From Paraspadella gotoi (Eukaryota; Animalia; Chaetognatha), in contig CM119266.1 of the NCBI GenBank assembly GCA_051294375.1, positions 4,710,573 to 4,774,572 on the forward strand: a stretch of 64,000 bases of DNA, in the 5' to 3' direction. Made by a program: the position numbers and the translations under genes. The notes beneath the pieces were generated by a model that saw only the letters and a program-made list of their open reading frames with translations, was not told where the DNA came from and made no database searches. This document shows positions 1 to 13,418 of the stretch, in pieces (positions within the stretch are counted from its first letter, which is position 1; every line of letters starts with the position of its first letter).

Positions 1-316
1 TAATAATGCTTATTTATAAAAGGACTTAAGGTCCACGGACAGATCAACCGAAAAGCGCATTGAGTCGCATTTACCTACGAACAACGAAAAAAAAAACAAT
101 ATAGAAAAGTAATGTAAAATCCAAATATATGCCTAAAAATATTACAGTACAAAAGTTAATTGCAATGAAAATCATTTACTACTATATGCAAATGAGATTG
201 ATGAAATCTCAATCTCATTTAGTATTATTCTAAGAATGTATCTCTTACAAACCCAATCGAATCGAATCGATTGCTCCCTGCCTCTTCCTCCCTACTCCCC
301 CAACGGTCTGGTTCAG

Positions 317-996
<680 letters not shown>

Positions 997-1576
997 AGTG
1001 GAGATAAAAATTTGCATGAACGCCACCAAAAAAAATAAAAAACCAAAAAACCAAAAAAAAAACAACAAATTCAAGTCGCTCGTCCTAAAATCGAGCAACC
1101 GACCAATCCTAATGTTATATTTATTAACGTATTTATTATCTATTTGTTACGTTCAATTCGCGAAGAAATAAATACAACTTAGTGTTTACTAGCTAGTTTT
1201 TATTTTTACTCGGAAACCTCGGGATTCCTAAAAAAAATATATGAATGGATAATTTTTATATTGGTTGTACCAATTTCATATATATATATATATAAAACGC
1301 GTGATAGAAACTTGATACTTTATTGTAACAAACTGTGCATAATAAAAACAGATTGGCGATGAGTTGGGGATCAATCTCGATCATTAAAACTAAGTTAGTG
1401 ACAGATATGCCTATTTTAATATGTATTACGGTCATTAACATACAGAGATTTTTTACAAGTAGAGAATCCTCCCTTTCATTATTGTTAAGAGAGTCGATTG
1501 GATTTTGAGGAGAGACTAGAAACAAGAAAACGGATGAAACGTGGATTAGTAGGGTGAATGTCTGTAGATCTTCTCA

Positions 1577-3254
1577 TCAGTCGTTCGAAGCGCCCTCATA
1601 CCTAAATAGAAAATGATTAATTCATGTAAATTGCCAAAAGTCGCTTAATATCGAAGTCACAATCATAGAGTTATAAAAAGGGTCACAAATATTCAAACTT
1701 CTTACAATTTACTAACAAATGCAAATTAGATTGAACTTAATTTTCTTTGGGTACAATAATTCTTACTTGGCTAATTTGGTTCTCAAGTCCTTGATTACGT
1801 TGTTTTTTTGCCCAAGCATTTTTTTCAGGTTTTGATAGACGCTCGTTTGCGCAAACTTTTTCTCCAACTGTTGCTCGGCCGTTTCGAGCTGCTCGTGAAC
1901 GCGAAGGAGTTCGTGTTTAGCCGAAGTCAATTCGTCGCCGAGAAGCGCTTCCTTTGTCGTCGACGAAGACGCCGTCTGGATTGTTAAAGGGAACGCCCTC
2001 TCAATTTCATTTTCATATCCGCTCGACTCTCATCCCACTTTACCTTTTCCATTTCGCATTTCAATTGATTCACTCGCTTCTCCAATTCGTCCGTGTCTGC
2101 CTGTAAACATAAATCATCGATTCAATCTATAACATTCCCATCTGACCCACCTGGACTGGCTAGGTCATGCCGAGTCACACCCCTTCGAGCAAACCTGCCC
2201 GTCCTTCCGTCCGCTCGACGTCCGCATCTCGTCCAACTGATCCCGCATTCGACTTTTCTCTTCCAAAAAACTAGCGGTCTTCTCTTCCGTCGTTTTAAGT
2301 CGATCGCGCAACCGTTCGTTCTCTTCTCTCAGCCTCTCGATTTCCTGTTAACGAATTTAAAAATAAATAGTTAAATAGCTAATTAATCGAAACCCCGTCC
2401 CGTTGCCTCTTTCGACTATACCATTTGAAGCAATTTCTCGGGACCCCGATCCTCGATGGGCACCAGTTTCCCCGTTTTGTACTTAGTATCGCCGAGAGGT
2501 TTCTTCACGGGTTTGCTCATCTCAGATTCCTCCATTTTCTTCACGTTTTCAAGCAATTCCGCGTTTTCCAGCTCGGAGATGTCGCCCTGGGGAAGAGAAA
2601 GTATTAATTATTGTTTAAATTTTAAATCTAAGTACAGCGTAATTTTAGAAAGAAAAACACATTTTCAGAGGAAATATTATCCTGAAAAGCAGTTTAGTAA
2701 AAATATCTGGCATAATATGCAGTATAATATCTGACGTGAAGTTTGAGATGCCATTTTTCCGCCTGTTGGAAGAATTGCTGCATCAATAGAACATTTGTGT
2801 GGGCTGCGTTTCTCAGTTCGTTTTCAACGTCTTCTCTGATGATGTTCTCCAGATCCGCGAGATGGTCCTTCACTTCGTCTACGTTGTATGTCTCTTCTAC
2901 GAGTCTAGATTCGAATATAAAGAATTAGATGAAGATCGAAATTTGGGAAATAATTAATAATCAAATTAATATCGTCCTCATATTTTTTGTTGAGAGTAAT
3001 AAAATAATCAAATTTTACAAGCGCAAAACTGATGCAATTCCATCACCTGCAATCTCTGAGGTCATCAAAAGCGGCATCGATCGCTCGCAGTCGCTTCGTC
3101 CTCTGGTATTTGGCGAACCTCATGTAACTCGTTAAAATTTCTTGGTGGTGATCGTTCAGCCCCAGTTGATCCTAGATAATTAGGTTAAAGAAAGTTTGAC
3201 CAAGTATTAAATATTATCGACTATAATTTATCAATTACAAGCCCACTTTACCAT
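1577..3254 (-). CDS. LZTFL1: Leucine zipper transcription factor-like 1 (BBS17), multi-exon; first coding exon is the ATG only
   Basis: ATG|gtaaag at 3254-3252 splices to DQLGLNDHHQEILTSYMRFAKYQRTKRLRAIDAAFDDL, matching the LZTFL1 N-terminus (GLNEHHQ..YMRFA); coiled-coil exons follow; last exon YEGASND*. Confidence 0.9.
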
Positions 3255-3444
3255 TGTTTTATGGATGGGTTATCTTGGTATGCAGAAGAGAACAGTATTT
3301 CAAATCTTCGATCTTTCCATCCGTAATTTAGTATTTTGTAGAGATAAGTTTTCTACGAATGCTAAAATAGTAACAACTACCGCTAATTAATATAGTTATT
3401 TATTGAACATCGCTAAAAAGAAGAAAATTCCCAGGAATTTGTTC

Positions 3445-3458
3445 GTTTCCATGACAAC
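3445..3458. promoter_or_regulatory. RFX X-box in the LZTFL1/eIF4B divergent promoter
   Basis: GTTTCCATGACAAC fits the X-box consensus GTTNCCATGGNAAC and lies ~190 bp upstream of the ATG of a ciliary (BBS) gene. Confidence 0.7.
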
Positions 3459-3684
3459 CTCCAATTAAGTAGAACAAGGCAGTCGAACTCTCTCCTTGAA
3501 ATCTTTCAATTTTATGGTTAAATGCGACCTTGTTTGTCAGTTATTTATTTTTATTTACTAAAAAGAAGAAACTTTCGAGCCATGGATTCGATGGTCACGC
3601 TGTGACGCGTTCGTGGTCTCGTCGCCCTTCGTCCAACCAATTTCGATCAGATTCGAGACTCGACCATGCTTGTTTACTAAAAAC

Positions 3685-5631
3685 ATGGCTTCTACAGGTT
3701 AGTCGGGATTTTTCCTTTTCTCGTTAAAATATTCATTATTAAGTATCAATTAACGGATAAAATTACATTCACATAGTTTTTTATACAATCAAAGTTTGCT
3801 TTGAGGGGATTTGCTTCAAAATTTTACCGAATTCTTAATCAAGATGCAGTTTTTAATCCGTTACCGATAATGAGTCATGTGGCATTCCCTGTTCTCGACC
3901 GCCCCGGGGTTCGTGAAACACGTGTTAACCTTAAACTCATCGTCTTTCCCCCCAATTGTCTCGTCTCAGGCAAAAAAAGTAAAAAGACTAAAGGGACGAC
4001 CTTTAGCCTCAACGAATTCCTGGGCGATGAGTCCCAGCAGGTGGTGGTGTCGGGGCTGGACTGGGCCTCCGAGATGGAGAACGTCGACATCGGTCAGTCC
4101 GACTACGACTACGGTCCGCCCAAGATGATCATCGATCGCTCGCAGCTCCCGTCCGCGCCAAGGGCCGCTCGCGGTGAGTGTTACTGTTGGGGATTGAAGC
4201 TTATACCCAACTTTTTTGAATAAATTCGAAAAAGAGGAAGAAATGATAAAATGGAAAGAAGGGCTTTAATTCCTCGTCTCTTTAATCCCAGGCGCGGACG
4301 TGGACATGGAACGCGTCCCCAAGAACCCGCCCTACACGGCCTACATCGGGAATCTGCCCTACGAGGTGAAAGAGTCGGACATCGTCGACTTCTTCCGTAA
4401 ACTGACGGTGAAGAGCGTGAGAATCCCGCGCGAGAACGGAGAGTCGGGCAGACCCAAAGGATTCGGCTACGCGGAGTTCGCCACCAGAGAGGAACTCATC
4501 GAGGGACTCTGCATGAACAACGAGGTGGGGCTTGGGTGGTAGAGCTGGGATAGTGGAGGGTTGGGGCGGTAGAGCTTGGTGGGGGTAGGGCTTTGAGTGG
4601 AAGCGCTGGGACGATAGTTCCAAGTTATTTTGAGTCTAGTTTAGGATGGAAAGAGAAAATGATTTAACGGAGATCTCTTACTGAAGAGTATTATTTAAAT
4701 CTCTACAAATTAGTTAGAACTTTACTTAGATTCTAAATAAAAACTTAAAATCGTCCAGATGTTGGAAAATCGTCGGATTCGCGTTGATCTCGCCGACAAG
4801 GCTGGACAAGACGACGGACGTCAAGGATTCGGGAGAGACGGCGATCGAGATCGAGAGGTAAGTGTCGTCGACTGTCGATGCCTCACTTTTCTCTGCTCAC
4901 CCCGCCGACCGCCGTGGAAGAGGACACTCTTTACTCTTCGTAACTGTTTGACGCAGACGGACCGCAGCGGCGGCGTTTCCAACTGGCGGGCGGAGAAGCA
5001 GACGTGGACGCCCAGGGAGAACGACAACCGGGGATCGCGTGACGATCGCGACAGAGACGGTGAGTTTGCGGTTTTGTGACGTGTGATCACGTGATTCATC
5101 TGTGAATAATAAAACAATAAAAATACCCGAGAAAAAATAGTTCTTTTCTTGGTATCGTGGAAAAGCGTTGAGGATATAAATTGTAATTTGATGGTCTTCA
5201 AACTCTTCATTTTCACTTCCGCCCTTTTTTCTTTCGAATGAATCCAAATGTTCCTTTTCCCTTTTCGTCTCTCATCTCAAAGAGGCGGACAATCCTTATT
5301 ATTTCCACCCGAGCATGTTCGTCGATCTCGGCGCCTCTTCCGTCGACGACGCCGCCTCTTCCTTCCTCGACGCCAAAACCGAGGACGTTGGGTCGACGCC
5401 CTCGTCGCGGCGCCCCTCGCAAGACGCCGGGACGTCTCGCCGAGAACAACGGCGCCGGAATCGGGCCGAGGGGAAAGGGCGGAAGGGGACGGGGCGACAG
5501 ACGCCGAGGTCTCGATCGCAGGAAGACATTTTGGACGATGAGGAGAAAGGAGGATGGTTCGGACAGAGAAATTCTTCGGTAAAGATGATAGTATGTTCGT
5601 CCACAATAGTCTATTTTAGAGGACAAAAAAG

Positions 5632-5672
<41 letters not shown>

Positions 5673-8600
5673 GTCAAGATTTGTAGGCTAACTTTCTCCT
5701 TTGCTTTTTCTCTTCTATCCGAAACTCCATTAATCTTCTAGCGAAGCAACGGCGCCCGATTTGGGTCAGACTCGAGCGCCGGTTTGACTTGGGCCGGACG
5801 CGGCGGTTCTCTCGGGCGCCGCGCCTCCGCTATCGACTTTCGATACGAAGGAGGCGTGCCCGTTCGAGGACGACGAAAATCTATGGATATTTTGGGCGAC
5901 GGCAGGTGGAGATTTTTTTTGGTGGCCGTGAGAATTAGGAGTTGTTTCAATTTGCTTTTTGGGTTCTTGAGATCCGTCAGTAAACACCACAAAAAAATCT
6001 ATTCAGGAACGAATCTAATCCTAACGATTTTTCGCGAGTTAAACTCGGATCTCGCGCTTCCGGGTATCGAGGAGTTTTCGCGTCTTATTACGGATCTGGC
6101 GTCTCGGCCGCAAATCACACCGACAGAATTTTTCACAAATTCGAACGATTCGAAATTCCCGCCGCCAGAGGTTCGCCGGTTCCTTACTTTTTATTTCCCC
6201 TTTGCTTCAATGCGGGCGGCTGAATTAGAGGGAAATCTTTTTTTGGTTTTTTTTTTGGCTTTTTAGTTTTGGCTCTTGCTGTGATGTCATTCTTATCTCT
6301 AATTAGCACGGATTTGAAATTTTGGACTGGTCGTTTTTAGTTGGAGAGTTTTTCTCCGATCTTGCTTCTTATTTACTTTCTCTCTTCGTTCCTTCGGGAT
6401 TTTTAGATGCGGAGAGTACGGACAAGAGGTCGCGCTTGCTCTCTTAGCTGTTTTAGTTTCCTTCGCTTTTGGGTTATCCTTCGGGCTATTGTCATGCCAT
6501 TGCCATGTCATGCCTATAGGCCTAGAGAGAAAATTGATTTTTATTTTCGGAAATCTTGAATATTCGCGACAATTTCTTCTCTTTTATAACATTTTTTTTG
6601 ATTGACCTGCAGAGCTCAACTTTATTTCCTTTTTTTCCACCGACGAGTATTTTTTTCCCCAAGTTTTGATTTCACTCACGGCTGCGATTATTCCGCACGC
6701 ACTCCTGATGTGACTCCGGCACAACGGCGCCACGCCCAATGCATATCGTTAATGGATGACATTTTTCATCCTCATCTCTTCTTCGCTCCGCAGGTTTCAA
6801 TCGCGGATTTTCCGACCGCGACGGCGACCGCGGCTTCGGAGGTCAACGCCGCGGCTTTGACAATCACAACGACAGGCGGGATGACAGGCGGGATGACAGG
6901 CGCGATGACAGGCGGGACGACCGGCGGGACGACAGGCGCGGAAGCCACGACAACCTCGATAGATACGACAGTCGGGACAGACTCAACGGGAGAGGAAGTC
7001 GAGATGATTTGGTCCGAGACAATCGAGGTTCGAGCCACAGTTATAATTTTTTCGTCTTTCAATTTTCATATTTACATATTCAATTCGCTTTGGAACAGGT
7101 TACGATCGACGCGACGACCGACGCGACGATCGCCGTGACGATCGCCGCGACGATCGCCGCGGCTACGGCGATCGCGGCGATCGCTACTCCTCGGATCGCG
7201 GCGGAAGTCGGTACAGCAGCGACAGGGAAATGGACAATCGTCGACAATACGGACGAGGAGGAGGAGGAGGAGGTGGTTACGATCGGGGATACGACGATAG
7301 AGGATTCGATAGGAAAGACGATCGCGGATACGGCGGCCGACGGGACGATAATCGGCAAGGTAAATATACTGATAAGTTAATATTTAATGTTATTTTAAAC
7401 TTAATACAAATTAAAACGTTCGAAACGTCGCAGCGAATTAAGTGGGGGTAAGCAAATGTCTAAGAAATCCAAACGTAATCCTTCATCTTCTTCGAATCTT
7501 CTTCCTCCAAACCAAAAAAAAAAAAAAGAGCGCCGCCCACCCTACGGCAGCAACACCCTTCCTCGACGCAGCCAACCGCGCGCCGATGACGCCGGCGGTT
7601 GGCGTCCGTCGGAAGACGGCGGCCCCCGCAATCTCAGTCGTAGCAATTCTAGGCAAAGTTACTCTCCGGATTATGCTAGAGAAAGGATAAGTGAGTCGCG
7701 CTTCTATTTTCATCTCTCTCTTTCTCACCCCAAGTTCCGACTTTAGTGTCGCAGTAGAGACAGTTTATTGTTAATTTAGTTTAAGTTGTTTTTGTTACTT
7801 TTTAGTTTTATAAAATACGTTTCAGTGTCTCTCCCATCCCCTAAAAGTCTCTGTTGTCTCGTTAATATTTCCCGCGAATCTCACTAAAATATTTCGTCGT
7901 CCGATTGCTACAGTAGAGAACGGTGTTTTTTTTTTTTCTAACCAGCTTTCTATGCCTTTTCGTTGGAAACCAACTCCGCTGTACACGCATGTTAAATCGC
8001 TTTTTCTTAATAACTCAATTTTGCCAATTTGGTGACTGAGAAAGCGAACGTTAACTGTAAAACCTTGCGTCATGAATCGTTCGAAAATTACTCGTTATCC
8101 TTCTAATCCATCGCCGATTATAAAATAATCGAAAATAAAAACTAATAAGGATTCCATTTATAATCTATAATAATTCATTTTCTTGCCGCCCTCAAATTCC
8201 CCCTCCTTTTTCAAAACTGAAGACGACTCTCACTCAGACAGAGTGCCTTCCTCTTCCTCACCCGCCACCCCAAAACCCAACCCCTTCGGAGACGCCAAAC
8301 CCGTCAACATACCCGACCCTACCTTGCGCGAGGACCGCCCGCCCCGCGGCGCTCCCCCGGCAAAAGACGGCGCCGCCCAGGAAGGCGACGGTTCCCCGGC
8401 GCCTCAATCGTCCCAGGGCAAGGGCGGCGAGGACGCCGCCGCTCCGGGCTCCGGCGCCTCCAACTCGTCCGGGGGCAGACCCCGCCTGAAATTGGCGCCG
8501 AGGACGAAGCCTCGACCCGAGGGTCTGACTGCCCCGCCGCCGGCCTCGTCGGGATCCGCCATCTTTGGCGGCGCGAAACCCGTCGACACTTCGGCGAGAG

Positions 8601-10331
8601 AGAAGGAAATAGAGGAGAGGATCGTCAAGCAACGAGCGGACGTGGAGAAGATTAAGGAGAAAGACGCCAGGTTCATGATATTTCGATGCTGAGGGGAATA
8701 AATGACAATTTGAATTTGAAATTTAAAGTTGTTATGATTTAATTTTTAGCAAAGAGGAGTCGCCTCACGAAGGCGGCGTAAATGGTGAAGGCAACGTAGA
8801 CTCAAACGCGACCGAATCTTCGCCTCCGACGGGTTAGTATTTTTTTTTTCTTTTTTCCTTCTTTCACTTTTCTTTTTAGTTCTTTGCATGAAGGGAGTTT
8901 TATTCATATATATATATATCTAACGCACATTTACACATCCGCTTACTCGTCTATTATTCTTTTTATTTTTGTTTCCGGCGTTCAGTCAATCTGATCCCGG
9001 CTCCTCCCCCAAAAGTCAATGCATGGGGTAAACCTTTACCCAGAGCCCTTTCTTCTACAGAGAGTGCCCCTGAAACTTCTCCAGTAACTCAAGGTTTGCG
9101 TTTTGGGTTGAAAACTCAGAATGTATATTTTACAGACTAAGAATTTTCATAGCTTTTGTTGCCAATCTTGTGCGTCTCGAAAATTACGAAGTCTATTCAT
9201 CTAAAGCATTTAAAAAAAAATCATCTTCAAATTTTCGTGATTTAGATTTGCTCGTTTTATTCGAGATTTATTCGGAGCGGGGTTGCAGGAGTAATTAATT
9301 AGGTTTACGATTTTAGTTTTAGATTTACCGTCGATGAACTCGAAAGACTTAAAACGACTCCGCTCGTTTTCCAACTTTTATTTCCAAATAGATGTAGCGT
9401 CCGATTCGTACAGTGCAAACCCGGAATTCGTGTAATAATCCGCCTCTAAAACGAGTGAATTAACTAATACAGTTATCAACGACTCTTGTACGTATGTATA
9501 TAAACTTAAGTCTTAAACTGACTTTCGCTTTTTAGAAGAATCGTCCTCGCGGCGGACGACGCCTCCCAAAGACGGTTCCACCCAAAGCGGCGCTCCTCCT
9601 CATGGCGCCGGTAAACCCCCCGTACAACAGAGGTCCTTTGACGGCGACGGGAGACGCGACCGCGGAAATCTGCAGCAAAGGTGTTGATTCAAATGCAATT
9701 AAATATCTTATGTATAATTGTATAATGTATATCGGTAATTTTTCTGTTGTTCAGACGCGACGGGGAAAATTACGGCTCACATTGGGGAACACGACGGAAC
9801 CAGGACGCCCCGGCACGCAGCGGCGGAGGCGGCGGCAGCGCTCGAAGCCGCGAAGGACCGCGAGGCGGCGGCCGCGGCGGACGCGGCGGTTTTGACAGCG
9901 TCCCAAGAGGCGGCGGCGACCGCTACAAAGATTCTACCTCAGGCCGATCCTATTCGCCGCCGTCCCAGCAACCGCCGAAGGATTATAAGGACATGAAGAA
10001 ACTCGAAGAGACTAAACCCAAGGTGAAAACTTGATTGTGCTTGTTGTGGTTATGATTGGCTGCCATGGGTAGTGGGTACGAAAAATTCCCAAGAAGATCG
10101 AGATAACAAAATGATAATGGTGTTCCACTGGGAGAAATGAAGACAGGAGAACTTTTTACAGTCATGTACATAAAAAACGCGCTTTAACCATTATTCTTAT
10201 TATTTTATTATTTAATCCCCATTTCTTTTATCATTCAGGTTTGGGACACCGGAAATAAATTTTCTATGCTGATGGCCGAAGAGGACGCACCGGCGACAAC
10301 CGAAGACGATTCCTTCATCGGCGCCGAATAA
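3685..10331 (+). CDS. EIF4B: Eukaryotic translation initiation factor 4B, multi-exon
   Basis: MASTGKKSKKTKGTTFSLNEFL N-terminus; LPSAPRAAR; RRM (PPYTAYIGNLPY, KGFGYAEF); DRYG-rich exons 6794-7360; RPRLKLAPR and IFGGAKPVDT motifs; PAPPPKVNAW; terminal exon VWDTGNKFSMLM...GAE*. Confidence 0.93.
5641..5670. repeat. (GA)n microsatellite
   Basis: Direct reading; similar tracts at 10665-10690, 13365-13413, 23411-23430 and 39272-39299. Confidence 0.9.
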
Positions 10332-12404
10332 AAAAAAAGTCAAAGTGAGGCGGCGGCGGCAGCGGATTCTTTGGTCTTCGCTTCACTTTATTCACAAATC
10401 CTCCACCTTCTTTTTCTTTGGTTTTCCCCAGCGAATTCTCTTTCTCTCTCTATTACATCCGGGGTTTTTCTATCTCTAGAGAAAATTAAACCTCGTTTAA
10501 AAAGAAAAAAAAAAACCGCACACGTTTTTCTACGCCTGTTTTCTTTCTACCCCATTCCGGTCTTTTTTTCCGGACGTTTACATATATATATATATACGCG
10601 CAAGACGGCGGACACAAGCTGGTGGATCCTACAATTTTTCGTTCTGCCCCGATTTAGTGACTACTCTCTCTCTCTCTCTCTCTCTCTCTCCGGGAAATTT
10701 GAATGAAACGATTAACAGTTGGGTTACGGAAAACTTATTCTAAAAAAAAAATTCTCTCGCGCGCGCTGACTTCGGGATCGTCGCTCGATTCTACTCTCAA
10801 TTTTATCGCTCGATTCTACTCTCAATTTCGTCTCGTTCTTCCTCTCTCTCTCTTCGCCCATGATACGACTCTCTCCTCGGCCACGATTGCGTCCCTCCTT
10901 GCCGGGTAGTCGACGCCGTCGGGGGCGGGGCTCCGCCGGCTCCGGGATCCCACGGGTCGCGGAACCCCGACTCGACGATGCGACGACGATAGCGACGACG
11001 GACGACAACGCGACGACGTTCTCTCCTGCGTTTTTTCCTCAATGTTCCTCACCTTGTTTTTCCGCCGCGACGCGGACGACGAAAACTCTGACCACGTTTG
11101 CCCCGGTCATTCCCTCGCCGAGCCTCGCCGGGTCACTCCGACCCCGCGAGCGGCGGGGTCTCGACCCCAAATCCTCTCCCTCCTCTGACCCAGGATCGAA
11201 AAGGCGACGGGCGGGGGCGACGTCGTCCTCCTCGCCGGGAGATCCTCTCCAATCCAGCGAAGGTCGTCTTCGTCCCCGCCCAACATTTTTAACTAAAGAG
11301 AGAATCGAGATTCGATGACTTTTTACTTTTTTTTTGGTCGCGTTAGGGTTTTTTTAAATATAAATGTGGTTAACGATGATTCTATAGTTTATATTTATTG
11401 GTGTTTTTTTTTCTTCCTTCGAGCATCGCACTAGTATAAAGATACTATCGTATAATTCATGGTTACGGCATTGTTGTAGATTAGTTTCGGTTTTTATTTC
11501 GAGATATACTTATTTCCCTACATATAACTTACTCGCGAATTTCTAAAAAAAAAGAGCACGCTTTTGGTTTATTTGTTTCTTCCCCGGCGAATCGCTTCAA
11601 AGATGGAGCCAACTTTTAGCTCTTTTTAATCACTGCGCTTCTCTTTATCAGCTTTTTGTTTCAGTTTAACCAGAATTTTAATAATGCCTTTTCCCAATTT
11701 ATTTCCCGCCCCCCATGAAATTCATTTAGTTATTATTAATTTTTCTCTTTTTAACTCGTTTCTGTAAATTGGATTAATTTTTTTTTCTTCCCCCTTCTCC
11801 TCCGCCCTCTAATCAACACGCGATTTTTTGTTTTCATCATAAATACTAATCGTTAGTCTCAATATATAGTAACACAGACGCTGTGATTCTTTGTTACCGA
11901 AATATCAAGTCTCTTTCTGGACGCGATGTCATCATGATTCCTTTATTTTTGGCGCCAAAAGGGAGAAAAACTCCTTTCGAGGATTAAGTATTGCCTCCTG
12001 CCAAATCGATCGATGGGTCGGCGAGAACGAATATGGTACGGCTTTAACTGTATAAACTGTCATGAATGTTTTAAATTTATTAAAAACGTCTGTGGATTAT
12101 TCGTACCTTTGTCGTTTTCGCCGCTCATGTAAATCAGTGTTTTTTTTTCCTTTTTATTTTTTTTTTGTTTTACTGTTTTGACTGTAATTAGAAAGATTTC
12201 GTGTTACGAGTAAAATTGCTGTATTGGTCATTGCCAAATTTGAATGTTTTTCTTTTTTCTCTTTTTCTTAGTTACTAAAAAATTCTTCGATATAGTTATT
12301 AAATAAAGAAAGACGATCTAATAATTAATGGACGATGGACGTAAGAAAACATCTCAAGAAATTGAAAGATTCACTCGTCCAAGAAAGAAAAATATTTCAA
12401 GCCT

Positions 12405-12466
12405 TTTTGTCTGACGATTTACATTAATAGCTTTTGTCTGACGATTTACATTAATAGCTTTTGTCT
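12405..12466. repeat. 27-bp tandem duplication (~2.3 copies)
   Basis: TTTTGTCTGACGATTTACATTAATAGC occurs twice exactly, followed by a partial third copy. Confidence 0.9.
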
Positions 12467-12922
12467 CTCACTGGATTAATTTGGTTACTTTTATTTATAT
12501 ACGAGTCAATTGAACCAAAAAAGGTAACTGTCAACGTTAATGACAAAAGAGTAAAAGATTAAAAACTACAAAAACGGGGTCATCGACCTTCGCCGAGTTG
12601 GACTCTCCCTCTCTCACACGTGAGGAGGTTTCTTTTTTACCTAACGACCTCCTCCCCCGCATTTGCCGCCGCCCGCTGATTCCCTCGCTGCTCCGCCGCA
12701 CCGAAGATCTCATTTCAAATTTTCCCGCCACGGGGCTTCTGCGTTCTCCGTACCGCTGCTCCGCCGCGTCGTCGTCGCGGCTGACGAGATATCGGAACTC
12801 GCAGTTTTCTCTCTATCCCCTTCTATCTCTCTCTATTTCTCTCTCTTTCCCGCGGAGGCAGCAGGCGACTCTCTCGACCACGGTTCCCAGTTCTCCGGGC
12901 AGCGACTCTGGCCGTAACAGCG

Positions 12923-13362
12923 ATGATGGCGGGGGAATCCCCGACCGAAATCAACCTGGAGGAAATCCTGGCCAATCTGCTCGTCCCCGACAACGCCGTC
13001 ATCAAACAGGCGAGCCTATCTTCCTTTAAAACCGTTGCTCGGTTTGGGGGAGTTCTCTTCACGTTGTCAATTAATTTTCTTTTTGTTTATATTTTTTCCT
13101 TTTTTTTTCTCTCTCCCTTCTGACGCGTGGAGCTTTGACTTTCTGCAATGAGGTGGCTGTGTGGGTCGGTTGGTGGGAGAGACTTGCATTTTCTTGAAAT
13201 TAATTGTTATCGTCTCATCGACATTTGTTTGTTCACTTTTTTTTCCATCTGAAACTCGTTTCTCTTTTCCTCTCGAAATGTCCTCCTTTTTCTCGCTCTA
13301 GCGGTTCTGCCACCGAACCGCGCTTATCCCTGGGCTTTCGGTGCTGCATCAATGGCCGAGGC

Positions 13363-13418
<56 letters not shown>

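Noticed and set aside
6872-7200. 12-bp repeats resembling a repeat array
   Set aside because: They encode the DDRR/DRYG low-complexity region of eIF4B; not CRISPR-like (no unique spacers, eukaryotic context)
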